In this document: positions 52,794 to 62,510 of the stretch, piece by piece
Layout of the letters: every line of letters begins with the position of its first letter
Numbering within the stretch: the first letter of the stretch is position 1
NCBI GenBank assembly: GCA_036676175.1
Contig: JAKFDL010000023.1
Location: 14,807 to 78,806, forward strand
Origin: Methylotenera sp.
GTDB taxonomy: Bacteria; Pseudomonadota; Gammaproteobacteria; Burkholderiales; Methylophilaceae
Length of the DNA: 64,000 nucleotides
Reading direction: 5' to 3'
Translations under genes and position numbers: made by a program
The notes under the pieces: generated by a model
The model's input: only the letters and a program-made list of their open reading frames with translations
Database searches by the model: none
Told to the model about the DNA's origin: nothing

Positions 52794-54746
52794 TTAAGTT
52801 TCAAGCCAACACATACCGAGAGGCGGTATGCTGAAGTTGCTGCTGCTTAAGTCGAGCATTTGATCTGTGAATAGATCTTTAACGTTGCTATGCTGCAGTA
52901 AACCAAGCTTGCGTAAACCTTCGATATTCAGATCTTGTATTGAGTGATCAAAATTACAAATTACCAGTACACGTGGATGATTGCCGCTACCATCAAAACG
53001 CACAAAGCTAAATAGATGGGGGTTGTCTAATGCGATTAACGTACGGTTATTGTGATCGGCAAACGCAGTAATTTCTTTTCTGGTTGCAATCATTCTCTTC
53101 AAGCCAGAAAAAATACGCTGTTCGATTGTGCCTTTTTCTTTTCTCAACTCACTTTGTTGCCAGTTCATGGCCGGGCGATGAATCCAGCGGCTATCGTTTT
53201 TTTTATCTTCATTCTCCAGATAGGTCTGATCATTGATTGTGCCAATTGCATCGCCATAATAAATTAGCGGAATACCGCCAAACGCCATAATAAAGCCATG
53301 CAGCAGTAAGATGCTGTCGATACTAAGCGCTATCGCGGCTTCATCGGCTTGCTCAATCGCCGTTTCCAAACCGGCCAGGGAAGCAAGAGATCCTGCAATG
53401 CGCGCATCACCATTTTTCTTATTGGTGCCAAACGCAATGCCTTTGGCGTTAGAGTCCGCAAATTTTCCAGTGTAATAATTAAGCAAAAACTGGCGATGCG
53501 ATACTGGGTCGTAGCCTGCGAGGCGAATATCTTTATCGTCAAACCCGAGTCCAATATCATCGTGACAACGTACATAATTTAACCAAGTTGCGCGCTCAAG
53601 TTTGTCTGGAATTGACTTAATCGCGTGATTCAAAAGAGTACTTTTTTTGGTGGCCAGTGCTTCCCATAGCAAAGCCATTAAAGTCGCGTTATAGGCAATT
53701 TCGCACTCTTTGGCGTTAATGGCGTCTTCGCCAAAGTATTTAATCACTTCAATCGGCGCCACAATGGCCTCAGCGATAAATAAAACCCCTGGGGCGGTTA
53801 CTTGGCAGCAATCTTTCATCAATTGCAGAATTAAGTGTGCTTCCCGCTCATTTTGGCAAGTACTGCCGATTTTTTTCCATAAAAATGCCACAGCATCAAG
53901 TCGAATGATATCTGCGCCATGATTTGCCCAGAATAAAATAATATCGACCATTTCTATGAACACAGCTGGATTCTGATAATTCAGATCCCATTGATAATCA
54001 TTAAATACGGTCATCACCCATTTACCCGTTTCGGCGTTCCAAGTGAAGTTACCTGGCGAATTCTCTGGGAATATTTCTGGCATGCTTTCTTCGTACAAGT
54101 CAGGCATGCTACGGTCATTAAACATGTAATAGTAGTCCTGATATTTTTGATCGCCCTCACGCGCCTTAACAGCCCAGGCATGTTCATCGGAAGTGTGATT
54201 CACAACTACATCCAGCACTAGCAGCGTATCGCGCTTTTTAAGATTGAACACTAAATCATCCAAATCTTTAAGGTTGCCAATACTCTCATTAATCTTTCTA
54301 AAGTCGCGGACGGCATAACCACCATCGCTTTTGCCTTTGGGACAATCTAAAATCGGCATAATGTGCAATATATTGATGCCAAGATCTTGTAGATAGCTGA
54401 GCCTTTTTTTCAATCCTTTTAAGTCTCCGCAGAACTCTCTGCAATAAACTGCGTAACCCACCCAGCGCTGACTTAAAAACCAGTTATGATTTTTTTCGCG
54501 TGCCAGATCAAGCTTCCGCAGCTTTTGTGGACGCGCGATATAAGTACGCGTGAGCACTTTTACTAATTGATTCATCTGGGATTTAAAGTCTGGGCGATGC
54601 CCATATAACTGATGAAACAGAGAGTGAATGGCGTAAAAATTTGCGCCTAACCGCGTATAAAAATACTGCATGTTTTTATCTTTAATTTCGACGCCCACTT
54701 CAGTCAAAATATCATTCAATAAGGAATGTGATACTTGTTCATACAT
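52794..54746 (-). CDS. ams: Amylosucrase-like GH13 enzyme
   Basis: DGGYAV, DVVVNHTS, QWDLNY, RLDAVAF, AEAIV and YVRCHDDIG. Confidence 0.88.
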   Translation of the reverse strand: MYEQVSHSLLNDILTEVGVEIKDKNMQYFYTRLGANFYAIHSLFHQLYGHRPDFKSQMNQLVKVLTRTYIARPQKLRKLDLAREKNHNWFLSQRWVGYAVYCREFCGDLKGLKKRLSYLQDLGINILHIMPILDCPKGKSDGGYAVRDFRKINESIGNLKDLDDLVFNLKKRDTLLVLDVVVNHTSDEHAWAVKAREGDQKYQDYYYMFNDRSMPDLYEESMPEIFPENSPGNFTWNAETGKWVMTVFNDYQWDLNYQNPAVFIEMVDIILFWANHGADIIRLDAVAFLWKKIGSTCQNEREAHLILQLMKDCCQVTAPGVLFIAEAIVAPIEVIKYFGEDAINAKECEIAYNATLMALLWEALATKKSTLLNHAIKSIPDKLERATWLNYVRCHDDIGLGFDDKDIRLAGYDPVSHRQFLLNYYTGKFADSNAKGIAFGTNKKNGDARIAGSLASLAGLETAIEQADEAAIALSIDSILLLHGFIMAFGGIPLIYYGDAIGTINDQTYLENEDKKNDSRWIHRPAMNWQQSELRKEKGTIEQRIFSGLKRMIATRKEITAFADHNNRTLIALDNPHLFSFVRFDGSGNHPRVLVICNFDHSIQDLNIEGLRKLGLLQHSNVKDLFTDQMLDLSSSNFSIPPLGMCWLET

Positions 54747-54758
54747 AGATAGGCAACC

Positions 54759-56942
54759 TCAATTCAAATGTTCAGTATTGGTCGGTGCAGCATTTAACCC
54801 ATAATGCGTCAGCCCCTCAAGAATGCCCGCGGCGTAATGTTGGTCAGCAAAATAAATATGCTCGTGATGCCGCAATTTTTCTATCTCTTGGCTGTAATTA
54901 CCAACCACGATTGCGCGCGTGTCTCCAACCAGCATTTCAATATCGTTGCCTGAATCACCCGCTACCACGAAGTTTTCCAGCGGCAAGCCCCATTTGTAAG
55001 CTAGATAGCGTATAGCATGACCTTTTGAGGCGCGCACAGGTAGCACATCTAAAAATTCCTCATGCGAGTAGATAAGTTGCGCATATAAATTACATTGGCG
55101 CAGATGATTTTGAATCTCGGATAATGGCGGCATTACTGCAGGGTCGGCAATATAACTTAACTTGAACTGGCGTTGAGTTTCGGCTGGTTGCAAGCTCAAG
55201 CCGGCAAAGTGACTTAACGCTTTTTCAAGTGCATCCCTTCGCCACAGGTAATTAATATGCTTAGCCCAGCCCGTATCTGGTACCAATTTTTTGCTGTAAT
55301 AGATTTCAGAGCCAACCGAGGTAATCACCACATCCGGCACGTTCAGCTGATTTTTTTTGAGTATCTCAAGTGCACTTTCAAGAGAGCGGCCTGTCGCTAC
55401 ACCAAACATGCAATGCCCTCTATTTGCTTCTGCCCAGCCAGTTAAGTCTTTGAGTGATTTTTTGTTACCCAATAGCGTGTTATCAATATCACTGATCAGC
55501 GCCATACTGGCAAAAGGGATGCGAGATTTATCTGCGTTTAAAATCAGCGCGTGCTGACGACGCAAGCGTTTTTGGTCGCGGCGCAGTAATCGGCGTACTT
55601 CTTTCATGTACTTTTCTACATGCGCGGCCCAGCTGTAATGACGCCACACACCGACCAAGCCGCTGCTGGCCCATTTGCGCCAGCGTTTTCTATCCTGTAG
55701 AACGAACAATAATCCATCCGCAATCGCTGCGCTATCAAGCGTGTTTACAATGAGTCCATTCTTACAGTTGCCCACTATATCGTGCGGGCCGCCATCGTCT
55801 GGCGCCACAAAAGGTAATCCGCTCGCTGCGGCTTCAATCAATGTTAAGCCAAATGGCTCGGTAAATGCAGGGTTAACAAATACGCCACGACGCCTTGCGG
55901 CTAATCGATACAGCTCTGGTACATCTTCTTGGGAAACAAATTTTGGAATTGCGACTTTGCCCCATAAGTCATAACGGTCTAAATCAAATAGCAATTGACT
56001 CATGACTTTTTTCTCGGACTCTTCTAAATGACGAATATCTTCGCGGGTACCGGCCACAATCAGTAAGTTTGCTGCCTCTTGCAGTGCAGGGCTGTTGCCA
56101 TAAGCTTCAATCAGACCATGAATGTTTTTTCTCAAATCAGGTCGGCTCATTGAAAAAATCAGCGGCTTTTCTGGATTGGCTAAATAACTGTCAATTTTAT
56201 GCTGAATGGATGTTTTTTGTTTTACGCGGCTAGGCGGCAAAAATCGCGAGGTATCGGTTCCAGGTGGAAGCACCCTGAAGCGGGATTGGTTAAAGTTGTT
56301 ATACATACCATATTGTTGCTCAATCTCTTGTTTGGTACTGGTTACAATCAATGAGGCATGTTGAATAATATCTTCTTCAACGGCAATACGGCGTTCAAAA
56401 TTAAACTGTTTTTCAATCGCTGACGCTTTCCTGCCACTCGCTATTAAACGATCAAGTTTGGGGCGCCCGAGTGAGTGCCCCGTGTGCACTTGTGGAATCC
56501 CAAGCAATAGCGATAATTGCTGCCCAACATAGCCGGCATCAGCATAGTGACTATGAATCAAATCAGGGATACGCCCTTGTTGCCTTAAAAAATGCAGGGC
56601 TTTATCCACTACTTGATCTAAATGTGGCCATAACAGTTCTTTTCTTAAATAGCGTTTTGGTCCACAGGGTAAACGAATAATACGCGCACCTTCACCGATT
56701 GGTTCTTCAGGTTTTGCATAATCAACTGCCAAACTATCATCTTCAATCAATCTGGTTAGCAAATCCACTTTATCTACACCTGCATGACTTGCCAGCGCAC
56801 GTGCAAGTTCAACCACATAAGTTGTTTGCCCACCGGTATCTGCATCAACGCCCAATTCCAAATCGTTCGCCCGTATCAGTCCGTGCATGCTTATCATCAG
56901 CACATATATTGGATTTTCTGTTTTTATTGTTTGATCGATCAT
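54759..56942 (-). CDS. sps: Bifunctional sucrose-phosphate synthase / phosphatase
   Basis: DADTGGQTTYV, HSHYADAG, SRPDLRKN and EPFGLTLIEA; HAD domain SDIDNT and GDSGND. Likely start at 56942 gives an ATGA overlap with fruK; the track start is 56951. Confidence 0.92.
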   Translation of the reverse strand: MIDQTIKTENPIYVLMISMHGLIRANDLELGVDADTGGQTTYVVELARALASHAGVDKVDLLTRLIEDDSLAVDYAKPEEPIGEGARIIRLPCGPKRYLRKELLWPHLDQVVDKALHFLRQQGRIPDLIHSHYADAGYVGQQLSLLLGIPQVHTGHSLGRPKLDRLIASGRKASAIEKQFNFERRIAVEEDIIQHASLIVTSTKQEIEQQYGMYNNFNQSRFRVLPPGTDTSRFLPPSRVKQKTSIQHKIDSYLANPEKPLIFSMSRPDLRKNIHGLIEAYGNSPALQEAANLLIVAGTREDIRHLEESEKKVMSQLLFDLDRYDLWGKVAIPKFVSQEDVPELYRLAARRRGVFVNPAFTEPFGLTLIEAAASGLPFVAPDDGGPHDIVGNCKNGLIVNTLDSAAIADGLLFVLQDRKRWRKWASSGLVGVWRHYSWAAHVEKYMKEVRRLLRRDQKRLRRQHALILNADKSRIPFASMALISDIDNTLLGNKKSLKDLTGWAEANRGHCMFGVATGRSLESALEILKKNQLNVPDVVITSVGSEIYYSKKLVPDTGWAKHINYLWRRDALEKALSHFAGLSLQPAETQRQFKLSYIADPAVMPPLSEIQNHLRQCNLYAQLIYSHEEFLDVLPVRASKGHAIRYLAYKWGLPLENFVVAGDSGNDIEMLVGDTRAIVVGNYSQEIEKLRHHEHIYFADQHYAAGILEGLTHYGLNAAPTNTEHLN

Positions 56943-57856
56943 AATTTCCATTCAAGAATAAATGGTGTATAAAAACGAATGTCTGCAGGTGCACTGCCAC
57001 GGATGCTGCAAATCGCAGTCGCAAATTGATTGGCGCGATTGAGTGTGGTGACATGATCCCAATTTAAGCCGTGTCCTAAAATACAAACAGCTGAAAATGC
57101 ATCACCTGCGCCAACAGTATCAACTAACAAGGCTTTAGTAGTTGTTACGACATCTGATTTTATGATTCCATTTTTGTTCACCATCCATGCACCTTTTGCA
57201 CCAGCGGTTACAATGATTTGCTGGATGTTAAACTCGGTGAGTAATTGGCTGGCTTTTTCATGTGCGGATGGCGCATCAATCTTGAAATATTGGGCAACGA
57301 TCAGTAATTCTTCTTCATTTAGTTTCACAATATCACTTCGCATAAGTGAGCTGTGAATAGTCTGTTCGTTGTAAAAAGGTGCACGTAAGTTAACGTCCAA
57401 GAAGCGTGGGCATTTCACATCGGCTAAGAACTCATCCAAAGCTAATCTAGATGTCATGCTGCGCTGCGCTAATGTGCCAAAATATACCAAGTCTGGTTTT
57501 AATGACATCGTGACCACACGTACGGTATTTGCCTGAATATGGTCGTAGGCTTGGTCTTGTAAAATTTCGAACTGATGTCCGCCATCCTCGATTAAATGCA
57601 CTTTTACTTGACCTGTTGGATAAATGGCATCAATTTGCACGCCAGAAACATCCATGTTAAGCCTATGCATTTCCTGCAAAAGTTCGATGCGTAATGCATC
57701 CTGGCCGGTCCTGGTAATCAGCACTGGCCGCAAACCAAATGCCTGTAAGTGGCGCGCCACGTTAAAAGGTGCTCCGCCTAATACGGTTTTATCTGGAAAA
57801 ATATCGGCTAATACTTCACCAAAAATTGCGATAACTTTATTTGCTTTTGTATTCAT
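56939..57856 (-). CDS. PfkB-family fructokinase
   Basis: GGAPFNVA, DVNLR, KLNEEEL and DTVGAGDAF. Confidence 0.88.
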   Translation of the reverse strand: MNTKANKVIAIFGEVLADIFPDKTVLGGAPFNVARHLQAFGLRPVLITRTGQDALRIELLQEMHRLNMDVSGVQIDAIYPTGQVKVHLIEDGGHQFEILQDQAYDHIQANTVRVVTMSLKPDLVYFGTLAQRSMTSRLALDEFLADVKCPRFLDVNLRAPFYNEQTIHSSLMRSDIVKLNEEELLIVAQYFKIDAPSAHEKASQLLTEFNIQQIIVTAGAKGAWMVNKNGIIKSDVVTTTKALLVDTVGAGDAFSAVCILGHGLNWDHVTTLNRANQFATAICSIRGSAPADIRFYTPFILEWKL

Positions 57857-58023
57857 TTTAGTGATCAGCTAACAGCGTGTGTATAAAGTGGATTATCCAT
57901 CTATATTCATGAGAATTGGGTACGCTAACGCACAGAGCCGAACCAACATAATGGCTATTGTTACGATGAATTTAATTCGTTATTGAGTAAATTTTCCAAA
58001 GTGGAGATTTATTTTGTAAACCC

Positions 58024-58188
58024 ATGACCGAATTTAATCCGTCACGGCGAAAGTTCATCAAAAACACCGCAGCTACCTGTGGTGCAGTCACAGTAGGGCG
58101 ACTTAACCATGATGTCGATGTTAAATCTGTTCCGCAGCCATCGCAGGCAACAACCGAGCCTACAAACGTCTACGTACTCCTAAACTAA
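58024..58188 (+). CDS. 54-aa ORF beginning with a twin-arginine signal (small Tat peptide or gene remnant)
   Basis: MTEFNPSRRKFIKNTAATCGAVTVG...; not in the ORF track; no clear RBS. Confidence 0.45.
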   Translation: MTEFNPSRRKFIKNTAATCGAVTVGRLNHDVDVKSVPQPSQATTEPTNVYVLLN

Positions 58189-58258
58189 CCCGGTAGTAAA
58201 GTTTTACTCATACTGATTTAAGTAAGAAGTAAGTTTGATGTTTGGTTGATAACACTAG

Positions 58259-59644
58259 TTGATTGCAACACAAGGAAGTTTAAATGACATGATTGAATTA
58301 AAAGCGCACTTCAAAAAAGCATGGACAAAATTAGCAGAAATATATGGCAGCAGTATTGTCGTATTTATGTTCTGGACGCTAGGGCTTGTCGCCGTTGTTT
58401 GCTTAGCCGTTTTTTTATTTTTTAATTCGGCAGCACCAACCACCTTAACAATTGCTGGCGGTGAAGAGGGCAGTATTTTTCAAAAGAACGCACTCAAATA
58501 TAAAAAGGCTTTGGCAAGAGAAGGCGTGACACTTACCATACTGCCATCAAATGGATCTATTGATAATCTCAATAAATTGGCTGACAAACGCGTCAAAGTT
58601 GACATTGGTTTTGTGCAAAGTGGCGTTGCCAAAAATATTAAGATTGACAAGCTGATGTCGCTTGGCAGTATTACTTATCAGCCAATGATGTTTTTTTATC
58701 GCGGCGAAAGTAAAAATTTAATTTCGGATTTCGCTGGTCAACGATTGAATATTGGTGAGCCTGGAAGTGGTACGCGGTCTTTAGCATTGAATATCCTCAA
58801 GGAAAATGGAATTTTACCTGGTGGCGATACGCAATTGATTGAAAAGCCAAGTCTTAATCCTGTTGAAGATTTATTGCAGGATAAGATCGATGCAATATTT
58901 GTGATGGGGGATTCTATACCATTGCAATTAATCAAAGACTTAGTTAAAACGCCGGGTATTAACATTTTTAATTTTAATCAGGCAGATGGTTACACACGAC
59001 GCATTAAATATTTACATAAATTGGTTTTGCCAGAAGGGGCAGTTGATTTAGGTAAAAATATACCCGTAAATAATTTAAATTTAATCGCACCCAGTGTTGA
59101 GTTAATCGCGCGTGATACCTTACATCCAGCGTTATCTGATTTGCTATTAGATGTTGCAAATCAGGTACATGGCTCTGCAAGCATGTTTGTGAAACGTGGA
59201 GAATTCCCAAATCTCAATACTCAGGAATACCGAATCAGCCCAGATGCAACGCGCTATTACAAGTCTGGCAAAAGCTTTCTCTATCGGGATTTTCCATTTT
59301 GGATGGCCAGTTTTATTAATAGGATGCTGGTCGTTTTGGTGCCTTTATTATTGATATTAATCCCTGCAATAAAATTAGCACCCAGTGTCTATCGCTGGAA
59401 AATACAATTAGCCATTTATCCTTTTTATAAAGCACTGCTTGAACTGGAACGAGATGCATTTGGGTTGGCTATAGATGCGGATAAGCGACAAGAAATCATG
59501 GATAATCTTGACCAGCTAGAAGTGAGATTAAGTAAAATAAAAATACCTGCTGCATTTGCCGATATGTTTTATGGGTTACGTGGACATATTAATTTTGTAC
59601 GTACCAGGCTGTTGGCAGAGCAAATTTCTGATGCAACTGAATGA
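58259..59644 (+). CDS. TAXI-family solute-binding protein with N- and C-terminal membrane segments
   Basis: TIAGG, SNGSIDN, IGFVQSG, IGEPGSGT and a C-terminal PFWMASFINR TM segment. Confidence 0.8.
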   Translation: MIATQGSLNDMIELKAHFKKAWTKLAEIYGSSIVVFMFWTLGLVAVVCLAVFLFFNSAAPTTLTIAGGEEGSIFQKNALKYKKALAREGVTLTILPSNGSIDNLNKLADKRVKVDIGFVQSGVAKNIKIDKLMSLGSITYQPMMFFYRGESKNLISDFAGQRLNIGEPGSGTRSLALNILKENGILPGGDTQLIEKPSLNPVEDLLQDKIDAIFVMGDSIPLQLIKDLVKTPGINIFNFNQADGYTRRIKYLHKLVLPEGAVDLGKNIPVNNLNLIAPSVELIARDTLHPALSDLLLDVANQVHGSASMFVKRGEFPNLNTQEYRISPDATRYYKSGKSFLYRDFPFWMASFINRMLVVLVPLLLILIPAIKLAPSVYRWKIQLAIYPFYKALLELERDAFGLAIDADKRQEIMDNLDQLEVRLSKIKIPAAFADMFYGLRGHINFVRTRLLAEQISDATE

Positions 59645-59694
59645 TAAATAAGATATAAATAATCTTCATTCGGTAATATTTAAGAAAGTAAATC

Positions 59695-60279
59695 ATGCAA
59701 ATTGCTGATATTGGCCCGCTTCCATTAACACTTATTGCGTCATTAGTAATTGCAGTTATTCTGTTAGCAATACGCGTGTTTGTTATGCAGCGTGTGCAAC
59801 AAAAACGTCAGCGCGAGAATAGGCAAGAGACTGAGCGACTTAAATCGCTGGTGGCGGCATATCGTTCTCTTGCAGGTTCGTTTACGCCAGCGAGACAAGA
59901 TCACACGCCTCAGTTAGAGGAAACGCTTGCTGACCTCATCTTATTTGGCTCTGTTGCCCAAGTTGAGTTAGCAGTAGCATGCGCAAACGGTTTAAAAAAT
60001 GATGAGTATGTAGACTTTCAGCCGCTAATTAAATCTTTACGCTCTGATTTGCGAACTCAATTGGGTTTAGAGCAAATTCCAAGTAGTTTAGTCATGCCAG
60101 CATCAGGCCCAGCACGATTATCGCACTTAACGCATGTGGAAGACGAGGGCGGTGGCCGAGGAGAAGCTAAAGGTGGAGGCGCTGGAATGGGTGGAGGCGG
60201 TGCAGCAGCAGGGGCAGGTGGTTTGGGTGTAGGACTAATTGCAGCGGATGCTACTACCCAAAGGAGTAGTGGCAATTAA
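59695..60279 (+). CDS. Hypothetical single-TM protein with Gly-rich tail
   Basis: TM, QKRQRENRQETERLK and a GGGAG-rich C-terminus. Confidence 0.75.
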   Translation: MQIADIGPLPLTLIASLVIAVILLAIRVFVMQRVQQKRQRENRQETERLKSLVAAYRSLAGSFTPARQDHTPQLEETLADLILFGSVAQVELAVACANGLKNDEYVDFQPLIKSLRSDLRTQLGLEQIPSSLVMPASGPARLSHLTHVEDEGGGRGEAKGGGAGMGGGGAAAGAGGLGVGLIAADATTQRSSGN

Positions 60280-60340
60280 ACTAATGCATTTAGTGGCCAT
60301 TTATTCGTTTCTAACAATCCCTTGAATATGGGTCGGTCAA

Positions 60341-60757
60341 TTACTCTTCCCACTTTGGATTCCAAACAACCTCCCAAAGATGGCCATCTGGATCTTGAAA
60401 ATAGCCTGAATAGCCGCCCCAAATTGTATCATGTGCGGGTTTAACAATAATAGCACCAGCTGATTTTGCAAGTCCCATTACTTCGTCAACCTCTGACTTT
60501 GAAGAGACATTATGACCCAGTGTCATTTCGGTTGAACTGGCAGGCGAAATTGAAACACCTGAGTCATGTGCGATGCTTTTTCTAGGCCAAAGCGCTAGAC
60601 GTAACCCTTCTTGAAGTTGAATAAAAGCCACAGAACCATATTCAAACTCATTACCGATGATGCCTTCACCAGGAAATCCAAGCCCTTCTCGATAGAAGTG
60701 CAGGGACTTTTTGAGATCGTTCACACCAATAGTGATTACCGTAATTCTAGGTTTCAT
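60341..60757 (-). CDS. VOC/glyoxalase family protein
   Basis: MKPRITVITIGV, TLGHNV, WGGYSGYFQDPDGHLWEV; probable start at 60757. Confidence 0.88.
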   Translation of the reverse strand: MKPRITVITIGVNDLKKSLHFYREGLGFPGEGIIGNEFEYGSVAFIQLQEGLRLALWPRKSIAHDSGVSISPASSTEMTLGHNVSSKSEVDEVMGLAKSAGAIIVKPAHDTIWGGYSGYFQDPDGHLWEVVWNPKWEE

Positions 60758-60884
60758 CCTTAACTTTTCCTTCAGGGTTAACAATGATTAAAGTAGAAGT
60801 GTGCTTGCGTATATTAATCAATAGGAAGTTGGGACGCAAACCAGCACGATGCATTGCTTTAGGTAGAAAGTGAGTCTTGAAATG

Positions 60885-60914
60885 ACAAAGGGTTAGCCTA
60901 AGCTAACCCCTTGT
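60885..60914 (-). terminator. Hairpin downstream of the tRNA-Ser/tRNA-Arg unit
   Basis: ACAAAGGGTTAGC / GCTAACCCCTTGT stem. Confidence 0.6.
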
Positions 60915-60920
60915 TTTAAA

Positions 60921-60997
60921 TGGTGCGCCCGAAGAGATTCGAACTCCTGACCCCTTGGTTCGTAGCCAAGTACTCTATCCAGCTGAGCTACGGGCGC
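60921..60997 (-). tRNA. tRNA-Arg(ACG)
   Basis: Minus strand GCGCCCG...CTTGG-CTACGAA-CCAAG...GTTCGAAT...CGGGCGCACCA. Confidence 0.97.
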
Positions 60998-61043
60998 ATG
61001 CGAACATTATACGCGGTACTGCATGTTTCTAAAAGCTAAAACT

Positions 61044-61137
61044 TGGCGGAGAGCGAGGGATTCGAACCCTCGATACAGATTTAAGCCCGTATGCTTCCTT
61101 AGCAGGGAAGTGCCTTCGACCACTCGGCCAGCTCTCC
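61044..61137 (-). tRNA. tRNA-Ser(GCT)
   Basis: Minus strand GGAGAG...CTTCC-CTGCTAA-GGAAG, long variable arm, GTTCGAAT, CCA end. Confidence 0.96.
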
Positions 61138-61213
61138 GTTTTATTCAAACTACGCTTTGTTGCAAGGGCGCGATATTACTTGAAACGCCCCTAAAAATCA
61201 ATGAAAACTAGGC

Positions 61214-62449
61214 TTATGTTCCTTCTAATTCAAATGCTTTGTGTAGAACCCTTACTGCCAGTTCCATATATTTTTCTTCTACTACCACCGCAATTTTGAT
61301 TTCGCTGGTAGAGATCATTTGTATATTAATACCTTCTTCAGCCAGTGTCCTAAACATTTGGCTGGCAATGCCAACGTGCGAGCGCATGCCTACACCCACC
61401 ACAGCCACTTTGGCGATTTTGTCGTCACCAATAACTTCACGCGCTTTAATAAACCCTTGCACTTTGTCTTTAAGTATCGCCAAAGCTTTATTCATCTCGT
61501 TTTTGTGTACGGTAAATGTGAAGTCAGTTTCACCGTTCGCACTTACGTTTTGAATAATCATATCAACGTCAATATTGGCATCAGCAATCGGGCCTAAAAT
61601 TTGGTAAGCGATGCCTGGTGTATCAGGTACGCCCAGTACTGTGATTTTGGCTTCATCGCGGTTAAATGCAATGCCTGAGATAATGGGTTCTTCCATGTCG
61701 TTGTCCTTACTTGCTTCTTCAAATGTAATCAGTGTGCCGTCGCCTTCATCTTCAAAGCTAGAAAGCACACGCAACTTAACTTTATATTTACCTGCAAACT
61801 CTACCGAGCGTATCTGTAATACCTTGCTGCCTTGGCTGGCAAGTTCTAGCATCTCTTCAAAGGTGATTTTACTCAGGCGACGCGCTTCAGGCACTACGCG
61901 CGGGTCGGTTGTGTAAACTCCATCCACATCGGTGTAAATCTGGCATTCATCCGCTTTAAGTGCGGCAGCAAGCGCAACCCCGGTCGTGTCAGATCCACCG
62001 CGGCCAAGCGTAGTAATGTTGCCAAACTCATCTGCACCTTGAAAGCCTGCTACTACAACTACGTAGCCATCATTTAGGTCTTGTTTGATATTGTATTCAT
62101 CAATATCTAGAATGCGTGCTTTGGTAAAAGCGGCATCAGTAAGGATTTTCACTTGTGCGCCAGTGTAACTTTTGGCTTTAATGCCAAGCTCTATTAAAGC
62201 AAGCGCAGTTAAGCCTATGGTCACTTGCTCACCGCTAGAAATCATTACATCCAGTTCACGTGGGTCTGGGTCTGGCATGATTTCTTTCGCCAGTGCAATT
62301 AGTTTATTGGTTTCCCCAGACATAGCAGAAACCACTACTACCACTTGGTGCCCCATGGCTTTGTAGCGTGCTACTCTTCTTGCAACGTTACGAATTCTTT
62401 CAGGATTCGCTACAGAGGTGCCGCCGTATTTTTGTACAATTAATGCCAT
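61214..62449 (-). CDS. lysC: Aspartate kinase
   Basis: VQKYGGTS, VVSAM, TLGRGGSDTT, YTDVDG and two ACT domains. Confidence 0.97.
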   Translation of the reverse strand: MALIVQKYGGTSVANPERIRNVARRVARYKAMGHQVVVVVSAMSGETNKLIALAKEIMPDPDPRELDVMISSGEQVTIGLTALALIELGIKAKSYTGAQVKILTDAAFTKARILDIDEYNIKQDLNDGYVVVVAGFQGADEFGNITTLGRGGSDTTGVALAAALKADECQIYTDVDGVYTTDPRVVPEARRLSKITFEEMLELASQGSKVLQIRSVEFAGKYKVKLRVLSSFEDEGDGTLITFEEASKDNDMEEPIISGIAFNRDEAKITVLGVPDTPGIAYQILGPIADANIDVDMIIQNVSANGETDFTFTVHKNEMNKALAILKDKVQGFIKAREVIGDDKIAKVAVVGVGMRSHVGIASQMFRTLAEEGINIQMISTSEIKIAVVVEEKYMELAVRVLHKAFELEGT

Positions 62450-62510
62450 AATTCGTTAAGCTTTAGTTGGTTTTTAATATTAAAGTTTAATTGGTTTAAA
62501 TTTTACTGGT

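Noticed and set aside
60921-61137. tRNA pair as an integration site for a genomic island covering the accessory region
   Set aside because: No integrase or transposase in the window, and no duplicated tRNA 3' end (att site) was found by eye.
61138-61213. csrA expected between lysC and tRNA-Ser as in Gammaproteobacteria
   Set aside because: The gap is only 76 bp with no such ORF; absence is normal for Betaproteobacteria.
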